NCBI GenBank assembly: GCA_043228905.1
Contig: JBHGNT010000006.1
Coordinates: forward strand, 22,258,001 to 22,322,000
Source: Azolla caroliniana
Lineage: Eukaryota > Plantae > Polypodiophyta
Direction: 5' to 3'
Length of the DNA: 64,000 bases
Position numbers and translations under genes: made by a program. Below, piece after piece: positions 12,777 to 23,452 of this stretch (positions are counted from its first letter, which is position 1; each line of letters starts with the position of its first letter). The notes under the pieces are model-generated. The model had not been told where the DNA came from and made no database searches. It was given only the letters and a program-made list of their open reading frames with translations.

Positions 12777-13645
12777 TGTAGTTGAAATTATGGCCCGAAT
12801 TATCCCAAACTTAAGCACTGAGACGTTGTAGAACTTTATATTTCAATACTCGCGTGGCATCAAAGTGTCGGAACTAAAAGTACCATCACATTTGGGAGAT
12901 CGTCATCTACAAGAAGCAACCCCTAGATCGATACTTTGGGATCTAAGAGAACAAATCGGACCACTACAAGTATACAAGCAAAACATAGTTGAATCTGAAG
13001 AAGCTGAACTTGGGTCAAAAATCGGCATGGCCAAAACAAGGTGAAAAGGAGAACCAAAAGTTTGAAGATGTAATCAACTCAAGGAAGCCAGAACGAGAAA
13101 GGACAATCGAAGGGCAAGTCTTAAAGGAGCTAGAAGCTGATCACCGATTTGATAACGCGGTAGAGGATCAACATACGAAGGCAACCGATGGCCTACAGGC
13201 CGAAAGTTGAATCGGCAACTGGCCTATTGGCTAAAGTTGACATTACCTTTGCCGATTGGCTTATAAAATACAAATTGTAGTTTAAATTTAGAAATGTAAT
13301 TTAAGCTTTACAGGGGAGCTATCATTCATATGGTATGTAAATAAAGTAGTTCTTTTATGGGCGATAAAAGTCCTACTTTGCCCAAACTCCTAGTGTGCAC
13401 ACATAAACTTAGTTAGAGTTTTATATAAGAGCATGCAATTGAGACTTGTAACACAATTCGGGTGGTAATTGTAAATCAATGTCTCTTGAGTAGAAGTCGT
13501 GTAATTGTCCTCTTGTTCTTTTGTCTCTGCATACTCATTCATTCTCTTCTTGCTACCTTGTTGTTTGCCTAACCTATTAACGGATCGTACTTGGTTCCTT
13601 GGCACTAGTTGGCTCACCACGAGGAAGAAGTTGGCTTAGACAACA
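12777..13645 (+). mobile_element. LTR-like remnant
   Basis: TG...CA bounded segment (tgtagttg...agacaaca) with TATA (tataaaa ~13262) and AATAAA; no target-site duplication or partner LTR seen. Confidence 0.4.
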
Positions 13646-13815
13646 TTATTTGTCTTCAGCTATGACACGCTTGTGTGTACTATTCGAGCGAAACCACTAG
13701 AGTCAAAAGCGGTAAAGGCTTGTCATGCTTAGGGCTCGTTGAGCTTTCGCTTGTGAAGCTTTCACTCGTCAAGCTTTCATATGTCAAGGTTTTGCTCGTC
13801 AGAAAAGTTTAGGGT

Positions 13816-14750
13816 TGTAGTTGGGATTAACGCAATGACTCGTGTGATGATTAGCACATGATTAAGGAGAATACATACGAGATTAGGAAGAAAATTTAGA
13901 CAAAATTATGCAAGACTTAAGTTACAAAATTATGGCTTATATGCCAGTTAGGCTAGATACCATGATTTCGACGGTTTATACAAATTTGATCAACAGATTA
14001 AAACACAAAACACAAATGAACCCAACTCAAAGGGGCTAAATAGTATTCGGTGAAGGTGAGTCTAGCGGGCACCGAGCCTGACTACCTCCGAAGGCTAATT
14101 TGCCTCGAATCGGAGTAGTTTTCTTGCCACTACAACCTCCCTTCAATAACTGACGCGTGAGTTAGCCCGTCCTTATCCCGAATCTGTTGACATGTGGGCG
14201 TTCTCCATCGTGGAGAAGACAACCAAAGCTCTGAGTAGATGATCACCGAAATGTAGAAGAAGTCGTCGTAGAAGAAACCCAAAAACTCAAACTCTAGTTG
14301 TCAAGTACGAAGCAAAACCCTCATAACCAAGAAAACTCACACGGAAGAAGAAACCCTAGATGCTTACAAGAAAGAAAAGAATCCCTAAAACTTGTAAGCA
14401 AAGAATCCCTAAAACCTAGTGGTTCCCTTCCAACAACCAAATTGGTGACCTCCTAAAAAAGAAGAAGATGATGAAACCCTAAAAACCAAAACCCTAATGG
14501 TGCTCTCCCGAGCTCCAAAATTGGCGACCGGAAATAAGCCATCTTCTCCCCCTTATATAAAGGAAAAGGGGCGTTTATTTTGACATTAAATGCTTTTATT
14601 ATTCCCTTTTCCTAAAAAGCAAGGAGAACTCACTTTGTACACACTGAATAATATTTATTTATATATATATATTCTTCTGAAATGTGGAGTGGAACCTCAC
14701 TCTTTCTCGTTCTTGTCCTTTGGCCATGCCACATCGCGACACCTTCAACA
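13816..14750 (-). mobile_element. LTR-like remnant, reverse orientation, truncating the adjacent copia
   Basis: TG...CA ends (tgtagttggg...cttcaaca), reverse TATA ccccttatataaagg and an aaacccta/gaaga-rich R/U5-like tract; the copia reading frame stops at 14751. Confidence 0.45.
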
Positions 14751-16377
14751 ATTTGAATGGTCTCTAGCATTGATTAGTGAGTATATGAGGAGAACTCGCT
14801 AACATTACCTGTCACATGTCTAGATGCACCAGGATCAATTATTTATTTGGTGTAAAGGCAAGAGCATGTGTGTAACTAATACCTTTGGCTGAATAAGTTT
14901 CAGTAGGAAGTTTACCCTTAATCATGAATGAAGTGGGTATATTCTCAATGACACTCTTCTTGTCATTTGCGGGTCTTTGTTTCCTCCTAAGTATTGCCAA
15001 GATAGTTTGATCCTTTTCGATGAGCACCACCTTACCTCCTTCCTCTTCTTCTATTACCATCAAGTTGCCCAGTGACCTCCTCTTCCACTTTTTGGTCCCC
15101 ACAAGCATGACCTCTTTATTCTCTCTTTGGGTGTTTTAGGGCAAACTTTCTTTAAGTGACCCACTTCACCACAATTGTAGCATTTTCAATTTTTACTTCC
15201 ACTTGAATTTGATACCATCAATGCCGATTGCACCACTAGAAGTTCGGTGGTGTCAAAGAGTAGCTTCATTGTTACAATTGCCTCATCAAGTGTGGGAATT
15301 TCAGCCTTTGTTAGAAAAACTACCCTTCTTTGATTGAACGACGAGTTGAGATGTTTCAAAAATTACATGATTCTCCTTTGAACAAAAACCTCCCTCTTAC
15401 ATTGAGGATCATTGCATATTATCACATGTGAGAAATGATCATAGTGAACCCATAAACGCTCCAGTTCTATGGTATACTCCTGAATTGTCTTATCTCCTTG
15501 CCAAAAACATCTATCTCTTACTCAATTTGAAACACTCTCATGTGATTTTCCGTCCAAGCATAGGATTTTAGTAATTTCTCTTAAATATCCTTCACATTTT
15601 GAATTCTATCAACAATGGTGGCAATTGATGGAGCCAAGGAGTTGAGAACCCAAGTGTATAAAGACATGTAGGTAGCTTTGCATGTTTTTCATTCACTACT
15701 CATTTTAACAAGAGGTCCTTTCTCTTCTCCTATAAGATAGCCATCGAGACCTCTCCCTACAAAGGCACCCATAATCCGACATGACCAACTCAAGTACGTG
15801 GTTGGTCCATCGAGTTTGAAGTTAAATGGAAGGAGTTCAAGTCTAGGTGGTGAATGTGTTCCCGTCACACCTTGAAATGCTACAATCTCAACTTGCTTCA
15901 TGTATTTCACCAATATTTTCACCTCATCCTCTTCAATTCTAATAATATGTCATTCATCTTCTCAATCTAGACTATCTCTTTTCTTCTCTTTTGACTTCTT
16001 TTATCAAGTCACCTCTCAATCACATAGCACTGTCATCCTAACGGGAGAAGCCCCCCCCTTCCTCTCTTGGATGTTACGATAGTGTTGATATTGACCGATG
16101 TCTTACCAGTAGTGGGGCAGATGTAGGGTTTGGCAGAGCTGCAAGGGACCAACGAGCAACAACCTTGCTCTAATATCAAATTGCAAAATGAACATTCTCC
16201 TTTCATTTGTTCTCAAGAGTATGCATATATGTTACAACAAGAGAGAAAATACAAAGATCGCTTACCTCCCATAAGGACGAGAAGGCTCCTCCTTATAAAG
16301 GCCAAGATATGGTTGTTGGGCTAACTAGCTGTTGCGGTTGTCTAGCCATTGGGCTACAACTTTAATCATTCTCAACA
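14751..16377 (-). mobile_element. Degenerate Ty1/copia LTR retrotransposon (5' LTR, PBS, gag, start of protease)
   Basis: Short LTR ~16182-16377 (TGTTGAGA...CA). Degenerate tRNA-Met-type PBS TGATATTAGAGCA (rc of 16166-16178). Gag N-terminus FKLDGPTTYLSW, zinc knuckle CYNCGEVGHLKKVCP (~15140-15182) and protease motif IDPGASRHVTG (~14805-14838); frame broken by stops. Confidence 0.85.
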
Positions 16378-16674
16378 ATTTTAAATGACTTATGATGTAC
16401 TTGATTAAAACAGGTGACATTATGAGTCCAAACCACATTTACAAATCTTTACAAGGTTTCTTATCTTCTCTTTGTACAAATAATCCTAGCTAGCATTGCC
16501 TCTCATAATGATGCATTGACACTCCCCAACAAACTCCTGGTAAGATTAGTTTGCAAATTCTAGCCTTGAAAGCCCACATGGAGGTTGTTAGATACAATCA
16601 TATAATGCATTCAAGCAAAATATGACATCTTTGGATGAGGTAGTTTATATCAGGTTTCATACTTCAACCATGCG

Positions 16675-19185
16675 TTAGCACAATGCATTCTGAAACGATT
16701 GTCTTCCAAGTTCCTCATTCCCCCATTTTCTACAAGAATGCATGAGAGTTTGCCACATTGCAATATGGGACCAGAATGGTAGCTTCTCAACCATTGCCAC
16801 TGCATTCTCTAGTTGACCTATTCTGCCATAAAGATCAATCAAGCATGTGTAGTGTTCACGGTTTGGAAGGATACCATAGTTTTCACTCATGAGGTCAAAA
16901 TAGGATTTTCCTTTGTCAAACGAAACTGTGTGACGGCAAGCATTGAGAATATTTACAAATGTAATTACATTGGGTAGTATGCCTTCACCAACCATACTCT
17001 CAAAGATACTGAAAACATTTTGACTCTCTCCAATCTGAGCATACCCTGCAATTAGAGCAGTCCATGCCACTGTATCTTTGATTAGAAGATTTTTAAAGAC
17101 TTCTCGTGCTTGAGTAAGAGATCCACACCTTGCATACATGTTAACTAAAGTGTTTCCAACCACTATGTCTCTTTCAAACCCGTTCTTTTCGATGTGTATG
17201 TGTATTTCTCTACCCTTCTCTATAGCTCCTATGCTGGTACAAGCTTTAAGGCCACAGATAAACGTGATCAGATTTGGAGAGACTCGATCAAACTGCATCT
17301 TTTCGAAACATGAAAGTGCTTCTTCACTGAATCCATGTTCAACATATCCTCCGATTAGTGCAGTCCATGATACAACATCACGAACTATAAGGCTGTCGAA
17401 CACTTTCTGGGCTTGAGTGAGAAATCCAAATTTGACATACATATCCACCAACGCGTTGCCAATATATATGTCACTTTGCAATAAGCCCCTTCTATCTATT
17501 TCAATGTGTATTTCTCCGCCCTTCTCTATCGCCCTTGTGCTAGCACAAGCTTTTAAGATGCAGACAAATGTGAAAGAATTTGGTGAAACATTCATCAGCT
17601 TCATCTCTTCAAAACATTCAAGTGCTTCTTCAGCTTGCCCATGATCAACATATCCAGAAATGAGTGTTGTCCACGCAATCACACTTTGGATTGGTATTTT
17701 GTTAAACACTTCTCGTGCTTGGATGAATAACCCCTGCTTAGCATACATATCAATCAATGCATTCCCAACAAGTTGGTCGGTTTGGAGGAGGCCCCTCCTT
17801 TTGATTTCGTCATATATTTCTTCAGCTCTTTCACTGGCACCTATAAGGTAACAAGCTTTCAAGCTGTGAACAAATGTGCTCGCATTCGGCAAAATCCCCT
17901 CAATCTGCATGTGTTCCAGAAAAGTAAGTGCTTCTGCACCATGTCCTTGTTCTGCATATCCTTTGATTAGTGCTGTCCACGAAGTTATGTTTCGGGCAGG
18001 GATAAAATCTATGACTTGCCTTGCTTTGTAAAACAGGCCACATTTGACATACATTTCCACCAAGATGTTTCCAATCAAGGTGTTGCTTTCCAACAAACCC
18101 TTCCTTTCGATTTCGGCATGTATTTCCTGGCCTTCATGTGTTGCTTCTATGTTGCCACACGCTCCCAAGATGCAAACATATGTGATAGGGTTTGGAACTA
18201 TACCTTTGAATTTCATTTGTTTGAAACAATTAAGTGCTTCAAACTCATATCCATGTTCAGCATATCCAGCAATTAGTGCATTCCAAGTAACAATATTTCG
18301 AGATGGAAGCTTGTTGAACAATTCTTGGGCTTTTATGAGAAATCCACATTTAGCATACATATGAACCAAGGTGCTTCCTATAATGATATCTGATTCAAGA
18401 AATCCTTTTCTTACGATCTCTGAATGTATTTCTTGGCCTTTCTCTATGGCTCTGATGGTTGCACAAGCTTTCAAACTGCATACAAAAGTGACAGCATTTG
18501 GGGAAACACCATCAAGCCGCATCTGATCAAAACAATTGAGTGCTTCTTTACCAACTCCATGTTCAGCATATCCAGAAATTAGTGCTGTCCAAGAGACTAC
18601 ATCTCGTGATGGAAGTGCAACAAACACTTGCCTTGCTTTTGATAGTAAACCAACTTTGACATACATATCAACAAGGGCACTGCCAACAAATGGGTCTAAT
18701 TCTACTAGCTTGCATCTATCAATATGTGCGTGAATTTTGCGGCATCTTTCCAGGTCTTTCATCTTTGAACAAGATTTCAGCAAAGACACAAAAGTATGTC
18801 CATTTGGATGAAGAGAATCTTCACACTTTTGCATTTTCTCATACAAAGTTATGGCATTTTGTGGCATTCCACATCTGGCATACCCCATAATCATAGAATC
18901 CCATGAGGATTTTTTCTTATGCAACAATCTATCGAAAATCTGTTGTGCATTAATCATACTTCCAATTTCTACTAATGTGGAAACTAGGCAGTTTCCAAGA
19001 AATGTATGTGTTTCAAGACCTATTTTATGCAAATAGGTTTGTAAATGAAGTGTACTCTCAATGTTTCTCTCCTTTTTACACTTGAACAATAAGTGTGAAA
19101 GGCTGACAATGGGAGGCTGAGGAATCAACTCATTTTGTAATGAACATAGTTCAGGGTACACAGTGGCCGACAACATGATCTTCAT
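16675..19185 (-). CDS. PLS-class pentatricopeptide repeat protein (836 aa), intronless ORF, ends within E1 domain, no DYW
   Basis: Seven P-L-S triplets (repeated SWTALIxGY...TFVCxLKAC...VGNxLVDMYxKCG), then HYTCLIDLYGRIG...WQTLMHSCRKWGN and a stop. Probable 5'UTR introns with acceptor at ~19196 and donors at ~19266 and ~20835. Confidence 0.95.
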   Translation of the reverse strand: MKIMLSATVYPELCSLQNELIPQPPIVSLSHLLFKCKKERNIESTLHLQTYLHKIGLETHTFLGNCLVSTLVEIGSMINAQQIFDRLLHKKKSSWDSMIMGYARCGMPQNAITLYEKMQKCEDSLHPNGHTFVSLLKSCSKMKDLERCRKIHAHIDRCKLVELDPFVGSALVDMYVKVGLLSKARQVFVALPSRDVVSWTALISGYAEHGVGKEALNCFDQMRLDGVSPNAVTFVCSLKACATIRAIEKGQEIHSEIVRKGFLESDIIIGSTLVHMYAKCGFLIKAQELFNKLPSRNIVTWNALIAGYAEHGYEFEALNCFKQMKFKGIVPNPITYVCILGACGNIEATHEGQEIHAEIERKGLLESNTLIGNILVEMYVKCGLFYKARQVIDFIPARNITSWTALIKGYAEQGHGAEALTFLEHMQIEGILPNASTFVHSLKACYLIGASERAEEIYDEIKRRGLLQTDQLVGNALIDMYAKQGLFIQAREVFNKIPIQSVIAWTTLISGYVDHGQAEEALECFEEMKLMNVSPNSFTFVCILKACASTRAIEKGGEIHIEIDRRGLLQSDIYIGNALVDMYVKFGFLTQAQKVFDSLIVRDVVSWTALIGGYVEHGFSEEALSCFEKMQFDRVSPNLITFICGLKACTSIGAIEKGREIHIHIEKNGFERDIVVGNTLVNMYARCGSLTQAREVFKNLLIKDTVAWTALIAGYAQIGESQNVFSIFESMVGEGILPNVITFVNILNACRHTVSFDKGKSYFDLMSENYGILPNREHYTCLIDLYGRIGQLENAVAMVEKLPFWSHIAMWQTLMHSCRKWGNEELGRQSFQNALC

Positions 19186-19475
19186 TATAACTAGCCTGTT
19201 TGTCTCTTTGTTTCTTTTTCAGCAAGCATAACAATATGAAAATGTGTATGGCATGAATTGTACTTACGAATTTAATACCGTTTCAATGAAAAACAAAACT
19301 TTACTAGAGAGAAAAAGAAACATAGTACATCTAATCCAATCAAATCATTCCACAATCGAGACTCATCAATTATGTTAGTAATAACAGGAGTTGCGATATT
19401 TTCACTGTCCTGGTGCTATTTCTCTCGGAATATGCATTTCTAAGGTTCCACTGGGAGAAACCTGTATCATTTGCC

Positions 19476-19548
19476 CAGATGGTTTAGCTCAGTTGGTAAG
19501 GTTATCTGACAGAGACCAGAAGGTCATATGTTAATCCCTTAAATTCTG
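19476..19548 (+). other. tRNA-derived (SINE-head or pseudo-tRNA) sequence
   Basis: A-box TAGCTCAGTTGG, tctga/ccaga anticodon-like stem and degenerate B-box GTTAATCCC; not a complete cloverleaf. Confidence 0.5.
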
Positions 19549-19679
19549 TACAGGTATCTAGTAAAGTAGTGCAAACAGCAAGATTTGGAGCTCGTTGTAT
19601 GGGTTAGTAAAAACATGGCTTACCATTACAGTAATGCCCAAAAACAAGAAAATAAAACAGACATGAGCATCATTATATC

Positions 19680-20330
19680 AATAAACTCAGAACAATATCT
19701 GATTCACGTTTACACAACTACAATACAGAAAAATAAGTGATAAAATCACCATTATATTGATGTATTTGAAACATAAGAGGCAATCATAGGATGAAATCAC
19801 TAATAGATTGGCCCACTCAAACAATGCAAACATCGGAGAGAAAATCATTATATAAATCAATTCAGAAGAATATCCAGTCAATAGTTACACAACTAACTTC
19901 AATATGTAAATAAAGGATAAAATCATTGCTATGGCAATCAAGTACCCAACTCACATTTACAAAAATTAAAATATGTTAACAAGAATCAATACAAAACAAT
20001 ACCTGGTTCACATTTACACAACCTTAAGATGTGAAAGTAGGAGAAAATAAGCATTATATATCAATAAATTAAAAACAAGACCCTATTCACATTTAAACAA
20101 CTCCAAGGTGCAAACATGAGAGTAATATTTCAGTATATGAATAAATTCAGAACAGTAACCAATTTGGATTTACATAACCTCAAGATGTGAACATTACTGC
20201 GACCCTTCAAAATAATAGGCAACTCCACAATGCAAAGATGAAAGAAAATCATCGTTGTAAGAATCAATTCAGAACAATAAACAATTTGGATTTACACAAT
20301 CTCGACATGCAAACATTGGAGAAAATCACA
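19680..20330. repeat. Degenerate ~80-bp tandem repeat in the probable PPR 5'UTR intron
   Basis: Recurring aataaattcagaacaata...atttacacaacct(c/t)aagatg units. Confidence 0.55.
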
Positions 20331-20919
20331 ATTGCAGAGATCCTTAAAATCAAAACTCAATTCAAATTAGATAATACACAGTAATACTTCAAAAATATAT
20401 ATTAATCACGAGGAGAAAACCAGAGTACATTGATTCAATTTGACAGAATGCTCAATCCACATTTATACAGATAAAAAACGCAAACAAACGAGAATACCAA
20501 CATTCGAAGATCAAATTCAAAGCAATGAAAACATTGGACGGATACGATCATTATATAGATAAAATCGGTAAAATACCCAATAGACCTCCATCAAGCATTG
20601 AATGCTGGCGTTTTGTTGGATTAAATAATGGATAGCGTTGAAACATCTCTTTCTCTTATTTAATATTCTTCTTGTTTTTCTTTTTCTCTCTTCCTTCTTT
20701 CTAGATGTCAATTTGGAATCAGAAGACGCCACATTTTTGTTATTCGGTGGATCAAGCAAAAATCATCATCGTTGTCATAGTCATCCTTTTCCTTCTTCCT
20801 TCTTCTGCTTATTCTTCGACAATGAAAATGCTTACAAAGAGAGATTTTCCGATGGTAAGTAAGAAAAAGAACAGAACGAAGCAACTGTCTTTGGCGAAAG
20901 GAAGTTAAGGAAAGCGCAT

Positions 20920-20990
20920 GATTAGGGTCTAGCGTTGGCTAGAGAATTTAGGGTTAGGGTTTAAGGAGGGCTTTACTGTGTAGGGTTCTC
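20920..20990 (-). promoter_or_regulatory. Telo-box cluster at probable PPR transcription start
   Basis: Several (T)TAGGGT(T) motifs (AAACCCTA on minus strand) beside a pyrimidine-rich first exon upstream of the donor at ~20835. Confidence 0.45.
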
Positions 20991-21159
20991 AAAGCTCATG
21001 CCTTTGACGTTTTCTTTATTTCCACAAACTGCCCCTATAAGTTTATATTTCCTGAAATACCCCTCAAGCTTACGATGAAGCATCGGGTTCCGAAAACTTG
21101 TCTTTGTCGATCCACATGGTACGCGCACGACCCACAACAGTTAAGACTAAATTTCGGGC

Positions 21160-21615
21160 CTTCAATAAATCAACAAGGCTACATCCATCCAGATGAGATG
21201 GTCGGGATTTCTGCGAGAAGCTAGGTGAGAAATGCATTTCGGAATGATGAACAAGGGTACATCCATCCAGATGGGATGGTCGGGATTTCTGCGAGAAGCT
21301 AGGTGATAAGTGCATTTCAGAATGATGAACACCCCCATCTCCTCATCCTTTTTGACCCACACCACATTAGATATTTAAGCGTCGGTTCCAGAACTTGTCT
21401 GTCCGCTGTTACGTGCACAAACCCACCATTTTAAAGTTTGTTTCTGGCCTCTACTCAACGGTACATCCATTCATATATGTTGAGGTGTCAAAATGGTTCA
21501 TCATCCAGATGAATTGGGGGGTGAAAAGAGTTCGTCATCCATATGAGCTAGGGGGTCAAAATGGTTCGTCATCCAAATGAGTTGGGCAAGATTTCTACAA
21601 GAAGTTCAGGTGATG
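21160..21615. repeat. 72-bp direct repeat (2 near-identical copies plus a diverged third) with short inverted repeats; probable DNA-transposon subterminal debris
   Basis: acatccatccagatg(a/g)gatggtcgggatttctgcgagaagctaggtga at ~21181 and ~21259, diverged copy at ~21570. Confidence 0.65.
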
Positions 21616-22248
21616 CACACATTTGTACATCCTTGTTGTCTTGAAGAATGCCAATAAGCATATTGATGATTGGGAGCATAGGACGTAAAATTCGTGTTTG
21701 TCTAGCATAACATTCGTTTTCCTATGTTGGAAAACGAATGCGAATGTTATTCAAACATGCTTGTGTTTTTTTTTGTTTTTTTCCCATTTTTTAATGTTTT
21801 TTTCCATTTTTAAGGCTTATTTACCTCATAATAAATAGTTAATCCAAAAGTATGGTATTTATCATTCTTTGAGGGTGTTTTTCTTACGCGAATGCGAATG
21901 CACATATGGTACGTATGGTTCATACTATGATTGGGACCATGAGGCTTTCACTTTATTTGTCTTTATTAACTCATAAATATACCAAGAATGGTGTTTTGTT
22001 CTTCATGGTTATATTGTAGAGAATTTCTAGTATAGTCTTGAAGAAGCTACAATCTTTTAGTATATCTATGAATTAGGCACCATATTCTAATCCTCTTAGT
22101 GAAAGACACAGTGGGATAAGGTCATGTTTTGGAGGTGCACAACACATGCATTGTTCTTCATCAAACTTCAACGATTCGAAAAAGTTGAAAAAACATACTT
22201 TTTAAAACCGAACAAGTTTTGAAGCTACAATGGCAATAGAGAGAGATG

Positions 22249-22751
22249 GATTACAATGTACCTTCAATCAAATCTAGACTTGATTGTTGCAGAATATGTA
22301 ATTCTTGTGACTGAGACCATATATCTCGATAATTGGGAGGATATGAAGCCTTGTCCTAGTTGTTCGTAAATGCCATGATTCTTCTCTAGCTTTCCAACAT
22401 GGCATCCCTCATAATAACCAAACTCAACCGAACCATACGATTGAACTATGATAAGAGGTTGTCGTAAATACCACAAGTCTTCTTTGCTATAAAGGATGCG
22501 ATGTTGGAATGCCAAAGAAGAATCATGGTATTTATGATGATCTCTTATCATAATTCAATCATATGGCTCGGTTGAGTTCGGTTATTACAAGGGATGCCAT
22601 GTTGGGATGCTAGAGAAGAATCGTGCCATTTATGAACAACTAGGACAAGGTTTCATATACCTCCCAATTATCAAGATATATGGTCTCTGTCACAAGAACT
22701 ACATATTCTACAACAATCAAGTCTAGATTTGATTGAATGTACATTGTAATC
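22249..22751. repeat. ~500-bp foldback (long inverted repeat, short loop)
   Basis: Left arm gattacaatgtaccttcaatcaaatctagacttgattgttg... is the reverse complement of right arm ...caacaatcaagtctagatttgattgaatgtacattgtaatc over ~240 nt; flanked by (GA)n and (TC)n. Confidence 0.9.
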
Positions 22752-22793
22752 TCTCTCTCTCCCCCCCTCCCCCCTACAGCCCAAAAAATGAGA

Positions 22794-23452
22794 TGTTGTC
22801 AAGTGTTAAGTATTCGGCACTCGGCACTCGGCACACCGGTTGTGGAGATTGTGGCGCCAAGAAGAGACATCAAGCTCAACCAACCTTAGGAAAAAAGAGG
22901 AAACAATGTAGGCCAATGGGCAACCTAGTGTGAAAGGGAGACACTTGCCTTGTAAAAAGCTATAAAAGACAGCTCTCCTTTGAAAGCTCTCCTTTCTATT
23001 AGTACATTAAGAACTCCTTTTCTATCTCCTTAATCCTTCATTAGAGTTAAGAGAGATTAGGGTTAAGAGCTAAGTAAGTCGAACCCTAATCTCCTCGAAC
23101 TCTTGTATGGTATTAAACATCTTTATATGAAGAAGTGGTGTTAATGATAATATATCTTCTTTGTGTAAAGAGAGAGTAAAGCAAGGGAGAGAGGGAGAGA
23201 AAATAGGTACTGATAGGTAAATGCTAATTAAGATAGTAGCTCGAAGGTGTTCGACAATCACCTTCATCCAATTCGCCATCAAAAGAGTATACGCCGGTCC
23301 GAACTCAAGGCTAACGACATGGAGGGGAGGCATAACTCCATTGGTCTATATATACATTCCGTGAGGTACACAAAGCAACACATCAAGTCCTCAAGTTGTA
23401 GGAGAGTTCTCTCTTTTTACTTGAGAGTGCCGCTCCAATGCGCTCTATAACA
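22794..23452 (+). mobile_element. Possible solo LTR
   Basis: TGTTG...TAACA termini and TATA tataaaa (~22961); no target-site duplication found. Confidence 0.35.

Noticed and set aside
17138-19036. Plus-strand ORFs over the PPR gene
   Set aside because: Antisense shadows of the PPR coding sequence.
19476-19548. Functional tRNA gene
   Set aside because: T-arm/B-box and stems are degenerate; kept only as a tRNA-derived fragment.
21700-22200. Possible hAT transposon subterminal repeats and transposase trace
   Set aside because: Only vague gaatgcgaatg repeats and a CVVH-like trace; no TIR or TSD could be fixed.
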